Assembly (NCBI RefSeq): GCF_009914755.1
Contig: NC_060925.1
Strand: one strand, 5' to 3'
Length of the DNA stretch: 64,000 nt
DNA from: the human T2T-CHM13v2.0 reference genome, Homo sapiens
The notes under the pieces are model-generated. The model did not search any database, had not been told where the DNA came from, and saw nothing but the letters and a program-made list of their open reading frames with translations. Shown here piece after piece: positions 51,500-64,000 of the stretch (positions are counted from its first letter, which is position 1; every line of letters starts with the position of its first letter). The position numbers were made by a program, and so were the translations under genes.

Positions 51500-51610
51500 C
51501 AGCCGAACTCCGACACATAAATCAAGGGGCCCAGGCAGAAAAAGGAATCGGGGCAGAGACTGCAGTTTTCGGCAGCCCGACTGGATGAAGATGGAGAGCA
51601 GTTCCCTTAC

Positions 51611-51644
51611 CTCGGTTTTCCCTCACAGCCAAGACACTGGGATC
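51611..51644 (-). CDS. PIK3C2B: PIK3C2B 34-nt microexon DPSVLAVRENR
   Basis: CAG| acceptor, |GTAAGG donor; needed to reconcile phase 0 to phase 1. Confidence 0.92.
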
Positions 51645-52301
51645 CTGTTGGGAAAAAGAAGAGGGAGGGGAGCTTCAGGGCCATAGCCTTTTTCGTCACA
51701 GCTGGAAGAAGGGCTTTTCACAGCTGCGCTCATCTGGACCAGAATGGGCTGAAATGTGAGTAGCTGAGAATCCCCAGAGAGGAGAGAGTAATGGTTTGTA
51801 CCAGATCTGTATGATGGACAGAGTGAGCTGACGGAGGATAGCAATCATCGGGTCCACCCTTCTGAGATATCCCAACCCTCAGGCTACTCGGCTGCAGATC
51901 ACAGTGCCTATGGTGCTGGCCCTGTCTGCAGAGCACACAGCCCCTGCTGGAGTCCTGGAGCCCCTGGCTCTAGAGAGATTTTCCTCCTGGTTTGTTTTTG
52001 CACCCTGATGGATATGCAGACTGTCAGGCAATGCCTTGGTGACTGTGAATAAAGCCTTTACTGGCCTGGGCTCTCAACAAGCAGTCCCAGGTAGCTCTCC
52101 CTCAACCTCAGGAAGAGGAGACACACTTGGCATCCATTTCTGAAGAGCTCTTGCGGTTGAATTCCTTAAACATAAAAGATGGAGGTGGAGAGAAGCCCCT
52201 TTTTAGTGAGTGAACACCTACACACTCTAGCAACAGGCAACTCAGTTACCTGACAGTATCCCTCTCTTCCTTTCCCCTGCTAGCACCCTGGGCCCCTTTA
52301 C

Positions 52302-52448
52302 CTTCTGAATTTTAGGCTGCATGCGGGAGGGGCAGGGGGGCAGCTGGTTGAGAGCACTGGTGATCTCAGGGGTTTCCACGGCGGCCAGGGCGTTGCAGAT
52401 GGCCTTGACGGACTGGACCACCCTGTCAGCCTTCAGTGGGAAGTCTCC
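52302..52448 (-). CDS. PIK3C2B: PIK3C2B exon GDFPLKA...PKIQK
   Basis: AG/GT, 147 nt. Confidence 0.94.
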
Positions 52449-52974
52449 CTGTGGGAGGTGGCACAGTGAGGCTGGCAGGCTCTGCTCTCATGCTCTTGGT
52501 CTCCAACCCCTCCCCACCCCAGTCTTTAAAGGAAAGGGTTGGGAAGAGTAGAGAGATTCATGATCCTCAGGGGTAAATGTGCAATACATTTTATTTTCAA
52601 ATATTCATCATCAGCAAATAATCTCTCCCACTGAATTCAATGGGCCATGCCCACATGCCCCAATTCTTTCAGCCGTTCCCCTTGAAGCTCCTCCTATCTC
52701 TAGCCTCTCTCTATAGTTAGTCTACTTATACTATACACATATATACAGGGTCTCTCCCAGAGACCTGTAGAATTTCCAGACAGATCTCATCTCATTTCTA
52801 CAGACATGCCACAGCCATAACCTCCCCTCTGGAATTATGCTCCTGGAATTCCCTCACCTGTCCAGCTCTGATTACCTATGTACATTTAAATCACAGAGCA
52901 GCTAAAATTCTACCTCCTGCATAAAGCCCTCCCTGGCCAATCCCCTTCCTCTAGCATCCTCCAGGAGCCCTTAA

Positions 52975-53367
<393 letters not shown>

Positions 53368-53555
53368 AAGGCTATGACAATTCTTACACTTCTCTACCCA
53401 TCGTAGCCACTAGCAAAGGGCCAGACCAGCACAGCACAGGTGTTCAGAGAGCTTCCCCCGCATCACTGGAAATGTTCAAGCACAGGCTGCTGGAGAAGGG
53501 ATTCTGGCAGTGACTAGACATAATGCTGAACCCCTCAAAAAGGAAGCGTTTATGA

Positions 53556-53888
<333 letters not shown>

Positions 53889-54449
53889 AGGGATTGTTTT
53901 TGAAGATCACTGTCAGATTTTCTTTGGCGTTGTGACATTTAAGACAAATGTTGACTCTCATGGTTTTGAGGCTTGAGACTCCGCATGAATCCAAGTGGGG
54001 AGGGCTCTGGCCCTCCCTACATGTGAAACCTTCTACCTCCTGATGGTTTCCTACCTGCGATAACAGCAAAACAGAACCTCTCAAACTGGAGGTTTCTGAC
54101 ATTGCTCATAGGATGCATGCTCCAGTGTACATCAAGTGCAGCAGCTGGGGGGTGACAGCTCTAGGTTCCTTAGCTCTGGAGACATCCTATTCCAGAGAAT
54201 GGGACCAGCATGCAGTTTCCGACCTGCTTCTTCTATAGAGGAGCAGAATCCCTGACTACGCACTTGCCGTTGCCCAACATCTAGTAGTCTTAGTTTGCCC
54301 ATGAGCGAGGGGTTAAAAAGAAGTGCTCTGCCAACAGATTTTCAGGCTCCACCCAGACCCCTCATAGTGCTGGGTGATCCCAGGAGGACTGAGGAAGGGG
54401 AGAGGAGGAGCTTTCGGGCAGCAGGGCCAGCCCCTGGATTCGTACTCAC

Positions 54450-54513
54450 ATCAGCCAGCAGGAAGGCATCCACCTCATTGTGGTAAGTGTCGAACAGAAG
54501 ACTCAGGGCCTGC
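54450..54513 (-). CDS. PIK3C2B: PIK3C2B exon QALSLLF...FLLAD
   Basis: AG/GT, 64 nt. Confidence 0.94.
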
Positions 54514-54895
54514 CTGGGAGTTGGGGGCAGGGAAAAACCACAGGAGAGGTCATGAAAGACCCAGTGCCCTGGGAAACCCATTTTCTCCCTCCCTCTCCTC
54601 AGCTCACACTCTGATTTAAAGGAGTTCCCACTCTTTCTATATGTCCTGTGAAGACTGAAGGAGGGAGAGTCTTTCTATTCTGCCACTTCTCGCCTGGAGA
54701 GAATGATGGCAAAGTTCCAGAGGGAAGAGATGAAACATGCCTGGAGTGGGGATCTTCTCTGATAAGATGTGTGGGCCCCAACCCCTGACACCTGCAAGAA
54801 TCCCTTAGCCCTGACAGAAAGGCAAGCAGGCACATCTGATGGGATCCCTGCACAGTTCTTGTTTGGAGCACATCCAAGATGGTGCCCACACTCAC

Positions 54896-54975
54896 CTGCT
54901 GATGGTCTGCTTGACAGGCCTCTCTTGGAGATGGACGAGGTAGTTCAAGGTGGAGGGGCTCTGGTCATCATTCAC
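54896..54975 (-). CDS. PIK3C2B: PIK3C2B exon VNDDQSP...KQTIS
   Basis: AG/GT, 80 nt. Confidence 0.94.
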
Positions 54976-55121
54976 CTGTATAAGAAGTGACCTATTCAGA
55001 GAGGGGCGGTGCCCTTATCTCAGCTCAGCACTCCTACCCCCCTCCCACCTGATGTGTTCTATATTGTATTCCCATTCCACCTCCCCAGCCCTGGGCAACC
55101 CTCCACCACCCTCACACGAAC

Positions 55122-55233
55122 CGTCCGGGCCAGGTCACTGCGCACAACCTTCTGCTCCATCAGCTGTAGCCGAATGTCAATGTCAAACTTGCGGCAGTAT
55201 TGGATGTACTCATGACTGCCCAAGGCATGCTTG
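55122..55233 (-). CDS. PIK3C2B: PIK3C2B exon KHALGSHE...DLART
   Basis: AG/GT, 112 nt; weak donor GTTCGT. Confidence 0.93.
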
Positions 55234-57204
55234 CTGGTAGGGTAGAGGGACAAGACCATTAGCATCCTGGGGACTCAGTGGGAAGGGAGATACATACCTT
55301 AGCCTTGGGGAGAGACATACAGAAAGAAGGTTTAGGTAAGGGGGTAGTACCCGTGTTGTACCCTACTTTGGCTCCTAGAAAATGACACGGTAGAGCTTAG
55401 GAGAAGGAACAGAGGTCTATCTAAACAAAAGCCACCTAATATACTTAATCCTTGGCCGGTATAAATATTGACTCTCTTAGATATTTATTACCCGTGTGGT
55501 AATCACTGGTTCACTCCAGGGCTGGGAACTGTTGGAGAGAGCGGGGAAACAGAGGCACATCACAGGGAGCAGTTGCTGAAGCCCTATCTTCTGGGCCTCT
55601 GTATAGGGGACAACCAGGAAGAGACATGTTGGAGTCCGCCTGTGCTCAGGCTCCAGGGTGGGAGCTCAGCGAGAGACCCCTCTTCCAATGCTACCAACTA
55701 GGGTGCTGAGGCCAAAAAAACTTGGGGCAAGCCTACCAAGCCTCCAGATCAGTGTCCCCACCCAACTTCTTTTTCTGCCTTCCATCTGTTGGCCCTGCCT
55801 GCTTGTGAATAACCTTACAAATTTCTATGACTTCTTGAAAAGTCCCAAATGCATGCCAGTCCCACCTGCTCAAGCACCCATGTGTGAGACTCCCCCTTTC
55901 AGAGATAAGGCCTAGGAGCCCTCGGCGATCCAACCTCTTCCTCTCTCCCAAATCACACCTTCAACAGCAAGGAAACCCAAGAGGAGGGGCAGAGGGAGAA
56001 CTACCTCCAGGCCAGCACTGCAGGCCTGGGCCTGGCCTCAGCAGCTGGGTAACAGAAGCCGGAAAAGGACTTCCTTCCTCAGCAGAGCTGGGAATCTAGG
56101 CCAGAAATGGAGAGGAGAGGACAGGAGCATAAGGGGGGCAGTATATGTAAAAGCTGGCGGAGGTGCAGGGCCCAGGGTCGTCTAGGTCCCATGAGGGCTC
56201 GAGTGAGGGGTTCTCCACATCCTGAGAGGACCAAATCTCCGATCTAGACCCTCTCAGATCTAAGACTGAAGTGCAGCCAAAACCTGGAGGTGGTGAGGCT
56301 GGGCTGTGGGGCTGGGCCTGGTGGGAGAGCCTGGGAGGAAGGAAGAGTGTGGTGGGGCTGGGGGAGGTGGCAGGAAACCCAACCCTCCCACGGGACTGCC
56401 TCAAGGTTCTTATCTGAGAGCAGCCTGCATCCTGAACCCACTCACCCCCTCAGTATCAGCCCCTCCTGCCAGGCAGGGGTAGAAAATCTCAGGGCTTCCT
56501 TGGGAACTAGCAGATTTCTGGAACCCCCGGAGCGTCCTTTCCACCCCCATCCCAGGCAGTTGTCATGTGTTGGGGGTCTGGGGGCTGGGCCAGGAGACAG
56601 CATTGTGCTTTTCTGTTGGGTGGGAGTGGGGCTCCTAGGCCAGGAGTCATGCACACAGGTCCCCTGGGGACTTGCTTGATCTTCTCTGTGGAAGGCCTTC
56701 CTCTCTGTGCATTCAAGTGAGAGTATGAGGGGTGTGATCTGAGGACCGCTGACCCTGTCCCACCTCACTAAGAATATTTCACCTGAGTCTTAGCAGGAAG
56801 GTAGAACTTGACAGCTCCCACTACCTCCGGACCCAGGGGCTCCAGGATTTGGGGTGCTGCAAGGGAAATGGCAGTATCTGTGCAGCCCAGAGCCCTAGGA
56901 CTTCTCTCCGTGGGCTGCTCCTTCCCTGCTGGTATTTACTGATTGCTCACAGGTCATTCTCACATTTCACCCTCACTGCAGCTTACAGAGGGCCCTGAGC
57001 ATCAATCAGCCTTCACAACTAGTAAGTGGCAAGTCCGAATTCAAACCTGTGTAATGGCGTCAGCAGGAGCTCCAACTTATCCACTATGTCCCCTTTTTCC
57101 CTTCTAACAGTGGCAGGCCACCTGGCACTCTCTCTGCCAGGCAACCCTGAGTCTAGGACCCCTCCTGTTCCTCTAGGGGAAAAGTGTGTACATAAGTGAG
57201 TTTA

Positions 57205-57640
<436 letters not shown>

Positions 57641-58583
57641 AAAGAAGTCCAGAAATGAATCTTCCATCCTGACTGCCAAATCTTATGCTCTAGACATAGA
57701 TCAACCATCCTTGCATCTAGACCTGAATGTAAGAGAGAGAAAAAGCAAGCAGTGGCACTTATAGGGCACTCCTAAGAAGTGAGACACAGGTCTCTCCTTT
57801 CTCTATTCCCAAAACGTGCTTCCTCCAAGTGGACAGAGACTGGGGGCAGGAGCGGCTCTGAAGCCTAAGAGAGGAAAGCAGATCTTATCTGTCTGCTGTC
57901 ACACAGCTGTACCATCTGAGAAGTGATAACCTTGCCCCTGCCTCTCTTCCACTGCAGCCCTCCAGAGCCCAGGGTAGTGGAAAGGGGGTTGCCTCAGCTG
58001 GTCCACATCAGACTTTCCAGGGAGGCTGCTTTCCAGAGAGGGCACTGGATGGAGAGGAGCTGGAGGCACGCCTTTGGGAGGAGGATAACTAGCTGCACGG
58101 GCCAGCTGGGGAAAAGACTTGTTGGCAGGAGAATGGGGAGAGACAGTAATTGTAATTTCTCCCCTGGGCTCCACAAGGGAACTTCTGCCCAGTCCTCATT
58201 TTGCCCCAGCCATAAAAACACCACACATAATCTAGAGCAGGAGATACAGCACTACCCATATAGTCTCCCCAAGCCCACCCCTCCCCACAAATACACACAT
58301 CTCTCCATAAGCAGAATCTGCAAGCAGATATGACCTAGTCTTTGCCTAATCCCAGCTCCAAGCTCTTTCCACAGCAGACTTGGCTCAGGACGTCAGCCAA
58401 CCCTGCTGGAAGACAGAGCTCCTGGGGAAAGTGCTACGTGGCCGAGAGTGTGCCCAGAAAGCAGGAGTCTTGACTGTGGGATTGGGGCGGAGCTGCCAGG
58501 CCGGTCCCAGCACCAATCCCATGAAGCCCCCTCACACTCTTACTACCAGGAAGGCAGGGGCTACCTCCCACCCATTCACTCAC

Positions 58584-58704
58584 TTCTGCAGGAACTCCTC
58601 CAGCCCGCAGGGCTTTAGCACAAAGTCACCCACGTCCACATTCCTCAGGTCATCATGGGTGTAGCACAGGGTCTGGTAGATAAGCAAGTCTACAGTGGAG
58701 GAAC
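58584..58704 (-). CDS. PIK3C2B: PIK3C2B exon SSTVDLL...EEFLQ (RBD)
   Basis: AG/GT, 121 nt. Confidence 0.95.
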
Positions 58705-59022
58705 CTGTGAAGGGTAAGGTAGGGGGAGCAATCATGATGGATGTCAAGGCAGATGGGTCTCAGTTTCCCCACCCTGATCCCCCTTTCCAGCTAAGTATTC
58801 TCCAGCACCATCACCAACCAGATAAAGCAGGCAAGTAGTTCAGAGTTGAGGAAAGTGACTGTACTAGAATGCTGGCCCCATAGCCAGCCCCTCACCCCCA
58901 AAGGAGCATCCTCACTGCCCTTCATCTGGGCCACAAGATGAGGTGGAAATCGAGTCCAAAACACAGTCATCCCCACCCCACTTCAAGGGATGCTCACATC
59001 CTCTCCCCCCTCACTAACTTAC

Positions 59023-59177
59023 AGTTGCAGGTGAAAGTGAGTGCCTCTTGAAGCCTGTCACACAACACAGTCACCTTCAGGTTGACCTCATCCCCGAGGT
59101 GCTCTGGGCTAGGGGTGACAGCACTCCAGACATAGCCAGTGAGGAAGTAGTCTTGGATGTCAGAGCCAGATCGAAGG
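59023..59177 (-). CDS. PIK3C2B: PIK3C2B exon LRSGSDIQ...TFTCN (start of Ras-binding domain)
   Basis: AG/GT, 155 nt, phase consistent. Confidence 0.95.
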
Positions 59178-59791
59178 CTGTACAGGAAGAAAAAAAACCC
59201 TCACTGTGCCTTTAGAAGAGAGTAGTCAAGAAGACATCTGTTGGGAACCTCATGCTCTGAGGCTCAAGAGCCCCTCTGTCCCCACTCAGCCCAGCCCTCC
59301 AAATTTGCAGGCCAGGATGGGGGCAGTGGGGTAGCAGCTCTGAGAAACCCCCTTCTTGACACTTCTCTTATAATTGCAAAATGTTTCCCACCATTGAACA
59401 GTACAAATAGTTCTAAAATGACAAAGCTTTCCATGCTAAGTTTAATGGAAAATTTTTTATGAATCCATTTCCTTTCTCTTTTAGTTCCAGATAACACTCT
59501 TATCGCCAGCTGGGGTGCATTTGCTCTTAAGGGCAACTGAGGGTCAGACTCTAGAGTGATCAGGATACTTTGACCATTCAATGGAGGTTTCATGAATTTT
59601 GCTAAAAATGTGAGACTTCTAAGATTTCAAAAACCCTGCAGACACTTGTTGTAGGAAGCATTTTCATAGCTATGAACTGAGATTTACTTATTATGGTGCT
59701 TCTTCCCTCCTAAAGAAAGTTCGGAAATGGATGGCCCCCCTCCCCATCCCCCATAGCCCTCCCAAATCCCACCCCATTCTTTAACTCTTAC

Positions 59792-59892
59792 ATATCCAGC
59801 ATGTGGCAAAATGCAGCAACCTCCTCATCTCTCTCTTCTGAGACCTCAAACAACTCATGGCCATTGGCAACAGTGTGGGGCCGGGAGCCCAC
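59792..59892 (-). CDS. PIK3C2B: PIK3C2B exon VGSRPH...FCHMLD
   Basis: AG/GT boundaries, 101 nt. Confidence 0.95.
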
Positions 59893-61343
59893 CTTTAAGA
59901 GAAGAGCAGACGACTCAGTGCCTTTTTCCTCGTGGTGTCCCCTCCCTATGAGGTACTCCAGACCTAAACTCAAACTCTAGATGAAAAGACTTTCTAGTCA
60001 CTCGACATCCAATGAAAGGGGCACAAGAACATATGGGACATCCGGGAATACATGTATCTGCTGTCCTAGGAGACCAGGAGCCAAGTTGAAGAAGGAGGCG
60101 AAGCTCTGGCTGAGATGGACAAGAGTGTGGCCAAAGCCACTTCAGGAGGGGACAGTCTGATAAGCGTGAGGCAGCCAGTAAGGCAATCCAGTGCTGTTGG
60201 GCCTCTCCTGCAACACGGGCTTTCCGGGGGATTCTCCCAGAGGCGTGACAGGGAGCAGAGCAGACAGCTGTTTTTCCCAGCCCCTCTACTGAGGCTAGAG
60301 CAGGTGGGCGGCCCAAATGGTGCCCAGGGAAGCTTGGCCCTGGTCTAAAGCCTCAATATCCACAAGCCCCATGGACCCAAAGCAGAGAGAGACCCAGAAC
60401 CCTTAGATAGAGGAGATGACTCAGACACATGTGCCTTCTGGGTAAATGCTATTTGAGGAAGAAAGCGTCAAAGCAGTGGTCTGGGCAGGGGAGGACCTGG
60501 TAGAAGCTTGGCTCCTCTGGCTTCCGAGTCAGCCGGCTCTGAACGGCCGGAATGTCAGGGAGCCTGCCTTGGCCCCACTTCCTCTCTCAAAATACGTGTG
60601 TGGTGGTAGGATTCTCAGACAAGGTCCCAAACGGTCTCCCATCCCAGAGCTGCTTTCAGTCACCCAGGAGGGTTCCTAAAGAAGCCCCTAGCAAGGCCTG
60701 TAGCCCAGCCCTAGGGAGAAGGAAGTGAGGGGGAGGGAGAGCTGGTGCATGACAGGTTTCTGCCTGAGGGGTCTGCTCAGGGCAGCCTGGGAGGCCACAC
60801 CAGGGACGAGGCTTCAGCTCAGATGGAGATAAGGCCGGCATGTGGTTCCAACAGCTGTTTCTGGGGGGAGTCTAGCTCCGGCCTGTGCACATAGCAACGC
60901 CTCACATCTCTCACCCAACCTCTTGGCTACTCTCAAGTCCTCTCTGCCTCTTGGGGCAGATGACAGCAACTGAGCTCCTCATTTGAATATCCAGACTGTT
61001 TCCTCTGGTTGACCCTCTCTTGTTAGGCTTGCTCCCCTGGGTGTGCATGGGCGGCGGGGGGTGGGGGTGCACAGAGGGGAGGGCAGCAGTGGGGACAGTT
61101 GGCATGTGAGGCCCTGGCTCTGCCAAGTTCGTGCCTGTGTCCCAGTCAAAACAATAGCACCACTGTCAGCAATTAACCCACAAGAGAAAGGAGAGAGAGA
61201 GGAAGAAAAAGAGAAAGAGAGAGAGACAGTGGGGGGAGGGAAGAGAAGGCAAGAGAGGGAGAGAACAGAGTGGTCACTGAAGGCCACTCTCATGTCCTTT
61301 CTGTACCACTCACTGGCACCATAAGAAAACAAAAGCCACTTAC

Positions 61344-61610
61344 GTTTGCCCAGCTGGCAGGCCCTGGTGGCATCACCCGATGCTGGCTGGGGGAGTCTGC
61401 CGGGCAGAGGCTGGCAGCAGGGGTATCAGGCTGGCATTTGGAGCCAGCCAGTTCCAGAGCTGGCTCCGCTGGCCTGGGATAAGGAGGTTCCCTCTGGCTG
61501 GAAGCCCGACGAAAGCGGGGCGGTGGTATAGGCCGAGGGCCCAAGGGGTCCCCCCTCCCAGCAGGCTGAGCCCCTGCAACAAGCTGAGCCGGGGAGGACC
61601 AAGGCCGCAT
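61344..61610 (-). CDS. Candidate alternative first coding exon of PIK3C2B (89 aa, MRPWSSPAQL...PASWAN)
   Basis: ATG 61610, open frame, consensus donor AAC|GTAAGT in phase 0 matching the next exon (59892); no transcript evidence available here. Confidence 0.4.
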
Positions 61611-62103
61611 TTCCCCACTCAGAACTGGCAAGAGCTTTTTGCTTTGTGTCCGCTTCTTCAAGGAGATTCTGGGCTGAGCTCTGTCTCAGAACTCTGATGA
61701 CATGCAGGGGATGGGGAAGGGTGAGGGAGTAGGGGAGGCAGGAGAGAGAAGGAGTGACAGAGGTGACCACCTACCAGGGTGCCCTGACTCAGTGAGCAGG
61801 CCCAGCTGGGTGTGAGGAACTCAGAGCTGGGAACAGGAATCTCCCAGTCCCTATAAATAGCGGGAACAGCCCCACCTCTCAGAGCAGGGCCTTTAAAAAT
61901 CCCTGAGCTCTAGGGATGTGGCTTATCCCAGGAGCTGATTCTGCTTTTGGGGGGACTCTCTTAGCAGAAGCGGAGGAAGGAAGAACTGTGTAGCTCTTCA
62001 GAGTTGGGAAGGTTCCCAAAGGCTAGACACAAGGTGGGAAAACCCCAGTGCCCCTTAAACAATGGCTAAGGAGGAAACCAGGACGGAATGAAGTAGAATG
62101 CTA

Positions 62104-62431
<328 letters not shown>

Positions 62432-63450
62432 GAAGGCATCAGCCATGGGGGTGTCACTTGTCTCTTGACTCCTTGCAGCCAGGGTTTCCAGGGACCAAGG
62501 ATGAAACACAAATAGGCCTTCTGGTCCTACCCAGGAGATGCTGCTGAAGCTCCCCTAAACCAGAAAAAAGATCAGAGCTGCCCTGGCACCTGCCTGGGGG
62601 CTTTGACCTAGATAGTTCGCTATTTTACACTATGTACTGATAAAAATAAAACTATTTGTCATACTGCATATTTTTTCTAAATATTTTCATTGTGAGAAGA
62701 GAATGAGTAGAGATGAATAATGCAAGGGTTGCACGACAATGTGAATGTCGTCAGTGCCACTGACTGCACACTTCCAAATGGTTACGGTGGCGAATTTTAC
62801 GTTACGTATATTTTATCACAATAAAGAACAGAGCAGGGAGAGAGAGAGAGAGAAAGGGAGAAGGAGAGGAGGAGAGAGAAGGCTTAGGAACGAGAGAGGC
62901 CAGGGCTGAATGCTGGCCCTGCTATTGCTTGCTGTGTGGCTTTGGACTATCAGGAAGGGTTGTTGTGGAGATCTGGACCAGGGTCTGGCATTCAGTGGGC
63001 ACTAAACAAGTGGTTACTATTGTGAATGATCTTCATCGCCACGCAGCGTTTTTGGCAGAGCAGGGCCTCAGAGCAAGCGGAAGCAACTTGCTCCGGTCCA
63101 GAGGGCCATTCAGCCAGTCAATAATGAATCCCATAACTCCCAATTCAGTCCTTACATCAGGAAGCAGGCACACGCTAGGAACCAGGATTCCCAAATGCCT
63201 GCCCCAGAAGGGCCGTTTTGGCCAAGATACATGAAACCTGGCCCTGAGAAGGAGCCCTCCCTCTACTGGTGTCCACCCCTAATCAAGCCTCCCCTGGACC
63301 TCCCCCACCAGGGCCAGGGTCCCAAAGAGGGTAGGAGAGGCCTAAAGGGGTAAGGACTTGGCAGAGTTGGATGTAGAACAGCAGAGACTAGTCCCTGTTT
63401 CTGAAGGACATGGAGAAAGGAAGGCAGAAGAAACACAAGAAGGTCCTCAC

Positions 63451-64000
63451 CGGGGCTGCAGAAATCCGGCGGTTCTTGCCAGGCGTCGCATTCTTTCGGT
63501 TGCCATAGCGGGAGGCATAGGTGCGGGGGGGCACCTGAGGGGGCATAGTCTTGCTCCTGGCCACGGGTTTTCCAGAGGTGTCTTTGCTGAAGTCCAGCGG
63601 CCCTCGGCCCTCCTTCCAGCCCCTGGTGGCATCCCGCAACATCTCCGCATCATAGGTCGATTTCAAGTTGAGCCTAGTAATTGCATCATTGATACCATCA
63701 TAGTCCACAGACCCCAGTAGGCGCCCCTGACCCCCACCTCCCAGCACCTCTTCCTCTTCTAGGATCCGATGCTCTAGCAGTTTGCCTGGCAATTGTTCGA
63801 CCAAAGAGAAAGTGTTGATGTCACTGGGCTGGGAGATCTTGGAGGATGAGGGGGACCCCTTTCTGGGAGGCAGGGGAGGGGTATCCCAGATAGAAGCTCG
63901 GGGAGGCAGAGGAGGTGGGGATAGTTTCTTGCAAGAGCCCTCTATGTCCCCTGGTCCTGGGGACGAAGAGACTCCCCCATCTGAACCATCAAAAATGTAG
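63451..64000 (-). CDS. PIK3C2B: PIK3C2B first coding exon (partial): N-terminal Pro-rich region ...PPLPPR..PPLPPR..RSKTMPPQVPPR..ISAAP
   Basis: Open frame to window end; donor CCG|GTGAGG at 63450; phase 0. Confidence 0.96.

Noticed and set aside
61344-61693. Reading the candidate exon as an internal cassette from the first AG (61693)
   Set aside because: 350 nt with an early TGA, so non-coding; only a first-exon model or a downstream AG (61673) keeps the frame

Overview
Human (primate) genomic DNA, recognisable as the chr1q32.1 PPP1R15B-PIK3C2B locus; both genes lie on the minus strand. PPP1R15B (CReP) has its full CDS in two exons, 4094-6013 and 693-914 (713 aa), two uORFs and a CpG-island promoter; its 3'UTR runs off the window start. 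PIK3C2B (class II PI3K beta) contributes 32 coding exons from 64000 (first coding exon truncated) to the stop at 19427. All introns are GT-AG and the phases reconcile by hand; the 3'UTR ends near 17210. The rest is Alu-dense intron/intergenic DNA with MER2, MER58A, MER5A, hAT-Charlie, MLT1, L2, MIR and L1 fragments. Best unexplained structure: (1) a candidate internal promoter plus in-frame alternative first exon of PIK3C2B (61344-61860); (2) a ~268-bp, ~92%-identical non-Alu duplication in two PIK3C2B introns, each copy carrying a candidate poison exon; (3) an RVxF-preserving truncated CReP if the single PPP1R15B intron is retained; (4) a plus-strand spliced/polyadenylated 3' end inside a PIK3C2B intron. 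These are sequence-based hypotheses needing transcript data.
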